Shown here in pieces: positions 19,973 through 29,619 of a stretch of 64,000 bases of DNA. The position numbers and the translations under genes are program-made. How positions within the stretch are numbered: the first letter of the stretch is position 1; every line of letters begins with the position of its first letter. Source of the DNA: a virus; IMG/VR virus record IMGVR_UViG_3300034044_000040, positions 1-64,000 of that record; one strand, written 5' to 3'. The notes under the pieces are model-generated. The model worked only from the letters and a program-made list of their open reading frames with translations. It was not told the origin of the DNA and made no database searches.

Positions 19973-20446
19973 ATGGCCATGGCAAAAGAACCCGTGCGGC
20001 ACACCATCAGGGAGCAGATCATGCAGAACCTGAAGGTGGTGTTCGAGACAGACACTGACCCGAGCCGCGTGACATGGGATTTCGTCACACGGGCACCGAT
20101 CACCTCTGAAGCCACCCATCGGCATAGTTACATGCTGGGCCTGTATGACGTCTCCGAGCGCATCCGGGAAGCAGCCATGGTGGAATACCGTAATTTGAAT
20201 GTGGTATGTGAGTTTCACGTACAGCTGGCGGAGGGTGATGAACCCTCCACATTCCTCAACCACTGTCTCGGCAGTATTGCGAACAGGATTGGCGAAGATA
20301 TCACGGTTGGGGGTCTTGCCCTAAATACCCGTGAGAACGGGTCCGAACTTGACATTGACGGGGCTTTCGACAAGTATGTGTCTGGCATAATCATTTTCGA
20401 TGTCAGCTACAGATGTAGGTCGAATGACCCTTACACACGAGCTTAA
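19973..20446 (+). CDS. putative tail terminator
   Basis: IREQI N-terminus, Y...DPY C-terminus; precedes the tail tube gene. Confidence 0.6.
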   Translation: MAMAKEPVRHTIREQIMQNLKVVFETDTDPSRVTWDFVTRAPITSEATHRHSYMLGLYDVSERIREAAMVEYRNLNVVCEFHVQLAEGDEPSTFLNHCLGSIANRIGEDITVGGLALNTRENGSELDIDGAFDKYVSGIIIFDVSYRCRSNDPYTRA

Positions 20447-20458
20447 AGGAGAAATACA

Positions 20459-21736
20459 ATGGCTGGTGGCCTTCTAACGAAACGGGCGCTGTTGCTGGCA
20501 AAGGTGCAAGCCTCCAGCGGTGTTGACGCCAACCCCGACGCAGCGAACGACGCGATCCTCGTGTCCGGACCTGATTACACCACGGACCCGCAGGTGCTGG
20601 AGCGTGATTTCGTATCCAACGATCTGTCAAAATTCGAGCACATCATCGGGCGCGTGGTTGCCGGGTTCACATTCACCGCAGAAGTGCGGGGCAACGGCAA
20701 GCAGCAATCAGGTTTGCTCGCGGACGCCCCTAAATTCGCCACCCTGTTGCGGGGCTGTGGGTTCGCCCTATCCCCGATGGACGGCTCTGGCGCGCAAAAC
20801 CTTACGGATGTGATCCCTGCAAAGGCGAACAACTCGGTGACGGATGTGACATGGGCCAAGGGCGGCACCGTAACAGCCGACAGCCCGGTGTTGTATACAA
20901 TCGAATGCACCACGGCGGGTGCCTCTGGTATTGCCGAAGTCATCGTGACTGGCAATAATGACACAGAAGATGATTTGTCAGCCGCCGTGGCTGGGGTAAT
21001 CACCGACGGTGTTCCTGTTCCACTGGGGGCCAAAGGTGGTGAGGTCACCCCGACCATCACCGGAAGCCTTTCCCTTGGCGACAAGTGGCAGGTTATGGCG
21101 TTCCCCACCGGCATCATGGCGAAGCCCGTGTCCACCGGACATGAGCAGATCACGCTGGACATGTATTTTGACGGCTTGCGTCACAAAGGTCTGGACGGCA
21201 TGGGCACCTTCAGCATTGATGCTACAGCTGGTGAATTTGCATCCGCCACGTTCAACTTCACGACCACTTTTGTCGATCCGGTTGATGTCCCCATGCCCAC
21301 GAACCCGGTGTATGAAGACACGCTGCCACCGCAGGTGGAACTGTCCCTTCTGTCGTGGGGTGGCAACACAGATATGTTTGCGGAAAGCTGGAGCTTTGAC
21401 GCCGCCAATGATCTGCAACCTCGTTTGGATGTGAACGCCCGCCAAGGCTATCGTGGCACTCGCATTTCTGACCGGGCTGCAACCGGTGGGTTCACACCCG
21501 AAGCACAGCTTGAGGCGGATGCCGAATTCTGGAAGGATTATCTTGCAGGCACCTCGAAGACCTTCACCACTCGTGTTGGTACCGAGCGTGGCAACATGGT
21601 CGTGCTTTTCGCACCCAACGCGCAAACCACAGAGCAGCCGTATTCTGATCGGAATGGCCTTCGCACGCTTGACAAATCAGTTTCCTTCAAACGCGGCCTG
21701 AACGGGGATGACGAAATCATCTTCGTATTCTGCTAA
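20459..21736 (+). CDS. major tail tube protein
   Basis: LLAKVQ, LERDFV, ATLLRGCGF, ISDR...G; AAGGAG RBS; position. Confidence 0.8.
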   Translation: MAGGLLTKRALLLAKVQASSGVDANPDAANDAILVSGPDYTTDPQVLERDFVSNDLSKFEHIIGRVVAGFTFTAEVRGNGKQQSGLLADAPKFATLLRGCGFALSPMDGSGAQNLTDVIPAKANNSVTDVTWAKGGTVTADSPVLYTIECTTAGASGIAEVIVTGNNDTEDDLSAAVAGVITDGVPVPLGAKGGEVTPTITGSLSLGDKWQVMAFPTGIMAKPVSTGHEQITLDMYFDGLRHKGLDGMGTFSIDATAGEFASATFNFTTTFVDPVDVPMPTNPVYEDTLPPQVELSLLSWGGNTDMFAESWSFDAANDLQPRLDVNARQGYRGTRISDRAATGGFTPEAQLEADAEFWKDYLAGTSKTFTTRVGTERGNMVVLFAPNAQTTEQPYSDRNGLRTLDKSVSFKRGLNGDDEIIFVFC

Positions 21737-21757
21737 TTGCAACTGGTTGCACAAAAC

Positions 21758-21952
21758 ATGTCCTCACCCCGCGCCATCAAGAAAAAGGTCCAGATTAAAA
21801 CTTACGTGGTTTTGCTCCGGAACAACATGGCGCGGGATGGGGAACCAAACAGCAGCATCATCGCTGTAAAACTGACGCGGGCCGCAGCCGAACTGGTGGC
21901 GAACAGCATCGCAGGCACTTGGATCGAGCGTCACGTAGCAACAAAAAACTGA
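21758..21952 (+). CDS. small basic hypothetical protein
   Basis: ORF fills the gap between tube and chaperone genes. Confidence 0.45.
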   Translation: MSSPRAIKKKVQIKTYVVLLRNNMARDGEPNSSIIAVKLTRAAAELVANSIAGTWIERHVATKN

Positions 21953-21996
21953 TCCACCCACCCTACAAGCCAACTGGCAGCCAAGGAGTATATAAA

Positions 21997-22413
21997 ATGG
22001 CAATCAAGGCACTGAACCTTCACGACGTGAAGACCGTCACCCACCCGGATGACAAGAACGACCCCACGAAATGGGAGATTGCGGTGATCGACAGCCGCGT
22101 GCTTGGTATGATCCAAGACAAGGCGACCAAACTCACGGTTGATGCGGACGATCCTGACGCAGACACCGGCGTGGAGGTCAGCCAGAATGAGGTGAACTTC
22201 CTGATTGTCCAATTCGGTCTCAAGGGGTGGTCGCATTTCATCGGTGAAAACGGCGATATCGTCTATGAGACAGAGGACAAGGTGCTGGGGTCGAAAAAAT
22301 ACAGCATCGCCAAATCTGACATTCTTTCGTCTATTCCGCAGGATGTGCTGCAATGGCTGGCCTCTGAGATCATGAAATTGAACACCTTGTCGGTCAAAGA
22401 GGGAAAGAAATAA
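21997..22413 (+). CDS. tail assembly chaperone (G)
   Basis: AAGGAG RBS; GLKGW motif; slippery site at the 3' end. Confidence 0.8.
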   Translation: MAIKALNLHDVKTVTHPDDKNDPTKWEIAVIDSRVLGMIQDKATKLTVDADDPDADTGVEVSQNEVNFLIVQFGLKGWSHFIGENGDIVYETEDKVLGSKKYSIAKSDILSSIPQDVLQWLASEIMKLNTLSVKEGKK

Positions 22414-22820
22414 GGCAGGCTGTTCTGGCGCTTCGCCTGCTGCCCGACCGCGACTGCGCGACCTGCACACAGAGGCAAAAAACGGAATGGGGCTGTCATG
22501 AAGATAGTCCCATTCCAATTCTGTTTGATGATGAGGAGACCACCCGGTGCCCTCGTTTGCCATTACATCCGGATCGTGGCGAATTGACTGGCCTTAGCGA
22601 TTTGTTCTGGTATTATGGGCGCTATAAGAACAATTTACTGCCGGAAAGCGGTGGTCTGTTGGATCAGCCGGGGAAGCTCATGGAGCAGATACGGGTAATC
22701 GAGGCAGCCAACGCACACTGTGAAGACCTTGATCGTAGGAAGCGGGATGCTGAAGCCCGCAAGAACGCAAGGGGCGCGGGCACTGGCGGAAGACCGAAAC
22801 CACAACCACGGCGCAGGTGA
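22401..22820 (+). CDS. -1 frameshift extension of the tail chaperone (GT)
   Basis: G GGA AAG at 22401-22407; the -1 frame is open to 22820 and includes ORF 22557..22820 (LPESGGLLDQP). Confidence 0.8.
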   Translation, partial: GKEIRQAVLALRLLPDRDCATCTQRQKTEWGCHEDSPIPILFDDEETTRCPRLPLHPDRGELTGLSDLFWYYGRYKNNLLPESGGLLDQPGKLMEQIRVIEAANAHCEDLDRRKRDAEARKNARGAGTGGRPKPQPRRR

Positions 22821-22826
22821 TCCGTT

Positions 22827-25800
22827 ATGGCTACAAATCGTGAAATCATGTTCCTGTTCAAAGCTAGAGACGCCGCCCGCGCGGTGATCAAAGGCATGGG
22901 CACCAACTTCAAGCAAGTCGGGAAGGAAACGCAGAAGACCACGAAAACCACGGTTGAATTGGAGAGCAAACACAAGCGGCTCCGGGCCGAGATCAGCAAG
23001 CTCAAAAAATCGCAGGCACAAATCCGCAAGGCCCGCGATGAAATGAACAAATTCAAGAAATCAATCGACGGGGCCAGAAATGCGAGCCGTGGGCTTAGCT
23101 CCATCAAATTGGGTGGTCTGGTAGGTGCTGTGAGTGTGGGCCTTGTCGTGCGGGACGCGCTGAGCACATATGCCGGGTTCGAACAACAGCTTGCCGCCGT
23201 GGGAGCGGTGTCAAACGCTACAGATGCGGAACTCAAAGCACTCACCGAGACTGCAAAAGAGCTTGGTGCCACGACGGAATTCACCGGGAAGCAGGCGGGC
23301 GAAGGTCTGGAATTTCTGGTACGTGCAGGCTTCAGCGCCAAGCAGGCGATCACCGCGCTCCCCGCCACCCTTGACCTTGCGACCGCAGCCGCGATTGACT
23401 TGGGCCGATCATCCGACATCGTGTCGAATATCATGGCGACCTTCCAAATCCCGATTGATCAGACGAGCCGGGCCACGGACATCCTCGCCACCGTGAACAG
23501 CTCTGCCAACACAAATGTGTTGCAACTCGCTGAAGCCATGAAATTTGCAGGCCCCATCGCTTCCGGCTTCGGGGTCAATATCAATGAGACAGCCGCAGCC
23601 ATCGGTGTTCTCGGAGACAGCGGCTTGCAGGGATCACTGGCTGGTACCGGTATCAGAATGGCACTGATTGACGCCAAGATGCTGGCAGCTGGAACCAACA
23701 CCAGACGGGCACAGGAGGCGTTTGATAAGCTGGGTATTCCCAAGGATAAAATTGATCCCGAGAAAAATGGATTGAACGGGATGATCAAATCACTTCGGGA
23801 TGCAGGTGCCACCACGGAAGACCTCGTTACCATCTTCGGCGCGCGGGCAGCCCCAGCCGTCCTGACCCTGATCCGGGGGTACGACAAGCTGAACAGCCTC
23901 ACACAGAAGACCATCGACAACGTGGGTGAGAGCGCACGCCAAGCCGCCGCCATGCGTGACACTTTGCTGGGGGACTGGCGTGCACTGCGGTCCGCCATAG
24001 AGGGTGCATTCATCAAGATCGGTGAGCTTATCGGCCCTGCACTGCGCGGGACCGTGCAGGCCGTGACCGCTATCGTGCAGGCGTTGCAGGGCGCGGAGGT
24101 GAGTTTCAAGAGATTTGAGGTCGTGGCACAAGCAACCGCAAAAGCGCTGAAGCTGGCGTTCAATTTCGTGGCACTCGTGGCCGCAGTGAAAGTTGCGTCT
24201 CTTGCGCTCAAGGGATTGAGTGTGACCATGGGTGTGGTGACCGGAGGCGCAACCGGGGCAGCAGGGGCCTTGCGTCTTATCCCCGGTGCCCTGCGGCTCA
24301 TTGGAGTAGCAATTCGCGCGGTTCCTATTCTGGGGTGGATAGTGATCGCCGTGGAAGGCATTCAGCAGCTGATGAAGACCACCTTCAAGTGGAAGGACAC
24401 GACCATCAGTGTGAGGGACGTTATGAAGACCATCTGGAGCAAGATGACTTCCTTCATCACGGGGTTTACTGACGCAGCGAAGAAACGGTTCGGAGAATTT
24501 GTGCAGGGGGTTAAGGACGCGGCTGCAAAAATAAGTGGCGCGCTTGAGCCAATCAGAACCGCATTCACTTCTGTCTTGGGGTTTGTGAAAACCACCATAA
24601 ACACGCTGGTAGGAGGGGTGTTCGGTTTGGTTGAGGCGATCCGCGTCATCCTCAGCAACCTTCCCGCCGTATTCAAGGGAGCGTTCCAGCTGGCTTTGAA
24701 CGGAGCCGTGCAACTCATGGAGGACGGTCTCAATAAAATTCTGAACGGATTGAAATCCTTCCTTGGTGCGATTGACGCCGCCGTTCAGTTTGTGGGTGGT
24801 TCTTCTGATCTGGCGAGCAAGATCGGGTCTGTCGAACTGGGGAAACTCAAAGTAGAAATATCAGATGACGCGAAAGCCCTCCCCGGAAAGATCAAGCAGG
24901 CTTTCGTGGATAGTCAGCAGGATTATGTTGGGCAGATCGGAGATATCACAAAGAACGCGGTATCCAATGCAAAGGATGCGGCGCTGGGTGTCCTAACCCC
25001 GGTGCTTGATGAGACCGCCGCCCGTATCAGGGAAGCGGGGCAGTCCAAGCAAGACGACGCCAGAGCGCGGCGCACAGGTGCCACCAGCGACGTATTAACT
25101 GCACCGGTCACCCCACCCAAAGACCCGAACAATACCGGCGGAGGTGGAGGATCGTCCTCAGACAAAGCCAGCAAGCTGAAGGATATTGTCGGCGATATTG
25201 TCAACAAAAACAAAGAGACCGTGCAGCTGGCGCGGTTCTGGGGTCGTGAGCTTGACCTGCAAAAGGTGCAGCTGGAGGCGATAAACGCAGCCAAAGCCCA
25301 AGGCACCGTGCTTTCCAAGGAAGAACTTGCGACGATCCGCGAAACCACGAATGCAGCGCTGAACGCGCAGCAGGCACGCGAGATCATCAACGGATATGGT
25401 GGCCTGTTCAAGGACACATTCTCAAACGGTCTGAAATCGGCGCTGGATGAGGGCAAGCTGAATTTCAAATCATTCCTGTCCACGTTTGGGCAGCAGCTTC
25501 GCAACATGGCCATTGACAATTTCGTGAACATCATCAGCAACAGTCTGAGCAGCCTAGGTGGCGCTGGGGGGGCCAGTGCAGGTGGAGGCGGCGGTTTTTT
25601 CGGTTCCATAATCGGGGGCCTCGGGAGCTTCTTTGGCGGAGGCGGAGGCGGAGGCGGATTTGCTTTCAAGGACGGTGGCATCATGTCATCGGCGGGTCGC
25701 ATTCCCATCAACACATATTCGAAGGGTGGCATCGCCAATTCACCACAGCTGTCCATCTTCGGAGAGGGATCGGTACCAGAAGCATATGTCCCCGTTCCCT

Positions 25801-25964
25801 CCGGGCGCATCCCTGTTGAAATGAAGGGTGGTCAGGGGGGTGGAAACACGACTATACAGATGAACATCACCACCCCGGACGCCAACAGCTTCAGAAAATC
25901 GCAGCCGCAGATCATGGCTGATTTGCAACGAGAATTAAACCGCCAAGGTAGGCGTAACAACTAA
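22827..25964 (+). CDS. tape measure protein (TP901 family core)
   Basis: AKELGATTEFT, LDLATA, LAEAMKFAGP, GLQGSLAGT; C-terminal FGEG..PEAYVP. Confidence 0.95.
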   Translation: MATNREIMFLFKARDAARAVIKGMGTNFKQVGKETQKTTKTTVELESKHKRLRAEISKLKKSQAQIRKARDEMNKFKKSIDGARNASRGLSSIKLGGLVGAVSVGLVVRDALSTYAGFEQQLAAVGAVSNATDAELKALTETAKELGATTEFTGKQAGEGLEFLVRAGFSAKQAITALPATLDLATAAAIDLGRSSDIVSNIMATFQIPIDQTSRATDILATVNSSANTNVLQLAEAMKFAGPIASGFGVNINETAAAIGVLGDSGLQGSLAGTGIRMALIDAKMLAAGTNTRRAQEAFDKLGIPKDKIDPEKNGLNGMIKSLRDAGATTEDLVTIFGARAAPAVLTLIRGYDKLNSLTQKTIDNVGESARQAAAMRDTLLGDWRALRSAIEGAFIKIGELIGPALRGTVQAVTAIVQALQGAEVSFKRFEVVAQATAKALKLAFNFVALVAAVKVASLALKGLSVTMGVVTGGATGAAGALRLIPGALRLIGVAIRAVPILGWIVIAVEGIQQLMKTTFKWKDTTISVRDVMKTIWSKMTSFITGFTDAAKKRFGEFVQGVKDAAAKISGALEPIRTAFTSVLGFVKTTINTLVGGVFGLVEAIRVILSNLPAVFKGAFQLALNGAVQLMEDGLNKILNGLKSFLGAIDAAVQFVGGSSDLASKIGSVELGKLKVEISDDAKALPGKIKQAFVDSQQDYVGQIGDITKNAVSNAKDAALGVLTPVLDETAARIREAGQSKQDDARARRTGATSDVLTAPVTPPKDPNNTGGGGGSSSDKASKLKDIVGDIVNKNKETVQLARFWGRELDLQKVQLEAINAAKAQGTVLSKEELATIRETTNAALNAQQAREIINGYGGLFKDTFSNGLKSALDEGKLNFKSFLSTFGQQLRNMAIDNFVNIISNSLSSLGGAGGASAGGGGGFFGSIIGGLGSFFGGGGGGGGFAFKDGGIMSSAGRIPINTYSKGGIANSPQLSIFGEGSVPEAYVPVPSGRIPVEMKGGQGGGNTTIQMNITTPDANSFRKSQPQIMADLQRELNRQGRRNN

Positions 25965-25974
25965 GGAGATCACC

Positions 25975-26991
25975 ATGGCTTTGCTTTGGTTCGACGGATT
26001 TGATGAACTTCCTGACAGCGGGCAGGGCACATACCTGACATCCGCCGGGTATTTGTTCGCCCTCGGTGTCAGCCACACCGTGGGTCGGGGTAACAAGGGA
26101 CGTTGCGTTGACCTCACCGGGAACACGTCGCAGTTGCAGCGCTATGTCGGAAGCACCTCGGAGATATTCACAGGCTTCGGCTTCAAATACGACGGGTCGC
26201 TGGTCGTGGACAATGTGGTATCCTTCGCGCGGGATACGGGGCAGGCCATAGAGGTGGGGCTGAAGGTGCAGCGCACTTTATCCAACGGGCTTCAGCTGAC
26301 CAATGAGGACGGAAGCGTCATTCACGGGCAAACTGTCGGCAATATCATCCAGCAAAATGTGTGGGCCTACCTTGAGCATCATATCGTGTTCAACGGGGTG
26401 GCATCAAAATGGGTGTGCCGCGTCAACAACCAACAGGTGGCTGACATCACGTTTGACGGTACCGGCCTCACGATGGATCGGGTGGCATTTGACAAGCAGG
26501 CGTCGGGGTCGCATTTCATTGACGACCTTTACATACTGGACACCTCCGGGACCACGAACATTGATTTTCTCGGGGACGTATTCGTGGAAAACATTCCTCT
26601 GGCTTCGGACGCCTCGCCCATACAATTCACCCCGGTGGGATCGGTGGTGAATTTTTCAGCGATCAATGAGACTGGGCCATCTGATGACAACAAATATACC
26701 GTTTCATCTGCGGTGGGGGCGCGGGACATGTTCAATGTTGCGGGCCTTAACATTCTCGTGGATCAGGTATTCGCAGTCATGGTTGGTATCCGGCACAGGA
26801 AGATCGGCTCCGGTGCGGTCACCGTGCGGGCGGTTCTAAACGACGGTACTGTGGATACGCTGGGGGCTGAATTCGCACCTGATACCGATTTCAGGACCGA
26901 CTTTTTGTCATTCTCTGAAACCCCGAGTGGCAGCCCGTGGACCATCAATGATTTCAACAACATAACCGTCGGTTATGAGATCGCGAGCTAA
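25975..26991 (+). CDS. virion tail protein (lectin/LamG-like beta fold)
   Basis: MALLWFDGFD, WAYLE, IDDLYILD; follows the tape measure gene; paralog of 34594. Confidence 0.65.
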   Translation: MALLWFDGFDELPDSGQGTYLTSAGYLFALGVSHTVGRGNKGRCVDLTGNTSQLQRYVGSTSEIFTGFGFKYDGSLVVDNVVSFARDTGQAIEVGLKVQRTLSNGLQLTNEDGSVIHGQTVGNIIQQNVWAYLEHHIVFNGVASKWVCRVNNQQVADITFDGTGLTMDRVAFDKQASGSHFIDDLYILDTSGTTNIDFLGDVFVENIPLASDASPIQFTPVGSVVNFSAINETGPSDDNKYTVSSAVGARDMFNVAGLNILVDQVFAVMVGIRHRKIGSGAVTVRAVLNDGTVDTLGAEFAPDTDFRTDFLSFSETPSGSPWTINDFNNITVGYEIAS

Positions 26992-26994
26992 CAG

Positions 26995-28215
26995 GTGGCG
27001 GAAGAGACAAGAATATTTAACGTATGGCCGAAAATACTGGGGCTTACCCGCAAATATGCGGTCGTGAGCCACCTTGTGGTCAGGACCATGCGGAAAAAAT
27101 GGCCGGGCCAAATCAGCAACACGCAGCTGGCTATGACCCAGATACACGTCCGCGCGATCCGCAAGGTCAAGCAGACGTACAACAACCACCAAGAGATTGA
27201 CGTGTCCGGGCTTACGGTTCGGGTTATCAGACCAAATCTCATCGACTTCACATGGCTGGATGATATCATGTTTATGGAAAACACAGTGTTCCCCCACAAT
27301 ATTTCTTACAATTCTGATGGCGCGGAACTTTTTTCGACAGACGTAAACGGGTCCGACAGTGGGCATGAGCAGCGGTTCTCAAGATGGGAAGAACCGCTCA
27401 TGGAGTACAATGTGGCATATGGTGTCCGCACCATGGAGCAGCTTCACGAATTGAAACGGTTGTTCCGGGCAGTGCAGGGCCAGCGCATCGGGTTCAGGTT
27501 TCGTGATCCCATAGATTACACGTCCAGCTTCGCGATAGCTGAGGAGGCCCGTGAACCAGAAGACATCACGCCGTATGATCAGGTGATCGGCACCGGGGAT
27601 GCGGTGACCAAAGACTTCCAACTTGTGAAGTCCTACGAATACAACGGCCAGCCTGCCATGCGCACCATCCGGAAGCCGGAGCAAGGCACCGTGGTGATCG
27701 CCGCAAACGGCGTGCAGTATCCGGACGGCACGTACACGGTCGATCATTCCACAGGCGTTGTGACCCTCGGTGCCCGCCAGACGAAAACCGTAGGGGGGAC
27801 GGTCACGATGACCCGCGTGGACACGACCACGCGCACCATCACATGGGATGACACGTCGGTGCTCGCAGGACTTATCGTAGGGGATTACGTGCAGATTTCA
27901 GGTTTCGATGACGTGCTGAACCGGGTGCCAGAGAGCGATCCTTGGGTTGTGCAGAGCATCAATGACACTACGAAGACCATAAAATTCGGCGTGGCTACCG
28001 GGAGTGACACGTCTCTTGGCGTCAACGAGGCAAAAATTGGTATGATCACGATCACCACCCTAGAAGCGCCGCCTCCGGGGTGGGTTGTGACCGCAGGTTA
28101 TTTCTTCCATATACCAGTGCGTTTCACGACAGACCGGCTGCCCATCCAGCTTGAGACATATGGCGTAGGCTCCGCGAATGAAGTGAAGCTGCGCGAGATC
28201 AGAGGTGACGGGTGA
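26995..28215 (+). CDS. distal tail protein, DUF2460 / GTA g12-like
   Basis: FSTDV...SGHEQR, GFRFRDPIDY, IGTGD...FQLVKSY, VTAGYFFHIPVRF. Confidence 0.88.
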   Translation: MAEETRIFNVWPKILGLTRKYAVVSHLVVRTMRKKWPGQISNTQLAMTQIHVRAIRKVKQTYNNHQEIDVSGLTVRVIRPNLIDFTWLDDIMFMENTVFPHNISYNSDGAELFSTDVNGSDSGHEQRFSRWEEPLMEYNVAYGVRTMEQLHELKRLFRAVQGQRIGFRFRDPIDYTSSFAIAEEAREPEDITPYDQVIGTGDAVTKDFQLVKSYEYNGQPAMRTIRKPEQGTVVIAANGVQYPDGTYTVDHSTGVVTLGARQTKTVGGTVTMTRVDTTTRTITWDDTSVLAGLIVGDYVQISGFDDVLNRVPESDPWVVQSINDTTKTIKFGVATGSDTSLGVNEAKIGMITITTLEAPPPGWVVTAGYFFHIPVRFTTDRLPIQLETYGVGSANEVKLREIRGDG

Positions 28216-29063
28216 TGGCAACGACGGATGAATTTTTTAACGCGCTGCGCAGGCCACACGCAGGCGTCTGCATGTGCTGGGAGGTCATACCCACGGGGGG
28301 TGGCACTACCTTGCGGTTCACCAACCATGACAAGCCGGTCACGGTGAGTGGCAACACGTTTACACCCTCAAGCTCATTCTCTGGATCGGCGGTGACAGGG
28401 CGCGAGGGCCTGAGCGTGGATAACCTCACCATCGCGGCCCTGACCTCAGAAGACATGACGGAGGAAGACCTGCTCGCAGGCGTATGGGATGACGCAGAGA
28501 TTTTCGTGTATCTCGCACATTGGGATCACCCGGAGTACGGGCTTCATATCCTGAAGCGCGGATGGCTTGGTGAGGTGAAGACTACGGGGACCGCATTTGA
28601 AACGGAAGTGCGGGGACTGGCGGAGCGCCTTCAGAGGGTGCTTGGCAAGACGTACACTATAGAATGCGGTGCACAGCTGGGAGACGCCCGGTGCAAGGTG
28701 GACCTCACGCCGTTCACACATGACGCCAATGTGGTTGGGGTGGTTGACGCCAGAGTATTCAAGACGGACATCCCGCAACCGGATCGCTATTTTCAATATG
28801 GAACTGCACAATTTTTGACCGGCAACAACGCGGGCCGTAAGGTGGAAATTCTCGGGCATCAGAACCGGTTCGATGGCAACTGGATCACGCTGTTGGAAAA
28901 AATGCCGTTCCCTATTTCCCGCGACGATACGGTTCGGTTGGTGCGTGGTTGTGATAAACTGTTTTCCACCTGCCGGGATGATTACAACAACGTGCTCAAC
29001 TTCAGGGGTTTCAAAGACATGCCAACGGAAGCGGAAGCACTCGAAACTCCAATTGCGAGATAA
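28215..29063 (+). CDS. tail hub protein, DUF2163 / GTA g13-like
   Basis: FTNHD, GLSVDN, DLLAGVWDDA, CGAQLGDARC, GCDK...TC...NFRGF. Confidence 0.92.
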   Translation: MATTDEFFNALRRPHAGVCMCWEVIPTGGGTTLRFTNHDKPVTVSGNTFTPSSSFSGSAVTGREGLSVDNLTIAALTSEDMTEEDLLAGVWDDAEIFVYLAHWDHPEYGLHILKRGWLGEVKTTGTAFETEVRGLAERLQRVLGKTYTIECGAQLGDARCKVDLTPFTHDANVVGVVDARVFKTDIPQPDRYFQYGTAQFLTGNNAGRKVEILGHQNRFDGNWITLLEKMPFPISRDDTVRLVRGCDKLFSTCRDDYNNVLNFRGFKDMPTEAEALETPIAR

Positions 29064-29069
29064 CGGGAT

Positions 29070-29615
29070 ATGACACACCATCCGCTGACACAATTGCCCA
29101 AGGCGATACTGCACGCGACGGACAAAACCGCGACAGGTTTGGAGGTGGTGGAGTGTGCCCGCACCTATATAGGGACGCCCTATGGGGATTATGGCCGCAA
29201 GAAAGGGTTCACCATGGATTGCATAGGGTTGCCCCTGACGGTTGGGCATGAGCTTGGCATATTTCACGGTGACTTTGACAGATATTCTCCGACCCCGAAA
29301 CAGAGATACGCCATGGATGTGGCGGATGGGCACATGGGCGATGTTATCTGGACCCGGCCAGGATGGCCTGATAAGCCGGACTGGTATGCAGACTTGCAAC
29401 CCGTTGCAACGCAGGCTGGCGATGTGGGCCTTTTTTGGTTTTCAAACCGCGCGGAGCCACAGCATTTTGCGATATTCGGGGTACATCCCCTCACCGGTGG
29501 GCCAACGATGATACATGCGCATTCTCGGTATAAAAAATGCGTAGAGGCCACGATGGATGAATTTTGGGCACGGCGGTTGGTGCGCACTTACAGGTTACCA
29601 AACGTGAAAGGATGA
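29070..29615 (+). CDS. NlpC/P60 tail peptidase, GTA g14-like
   Basis: ARTYIGTPY...DCIGL...QHFAI...MIHAH. Confidence 0.9.
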   Translation: MTHHPLTQLPKAILHATDKTATGLEVVECARTYIGTPYGDYGRKKGFTMDCIGLPLTVGHELGIFHGDFDRYSPTPKQRYAMDVADGHMGDVIWTRPGWPDKPDWYADLQPVATQAGDVGLFWFSNRAEPQHFAIFGVHPLTGGPTMIHAHSRYKKCVEATMDEFWARRLVRTYRLPNVKG

Positions 29616-29619
29616 CGAT

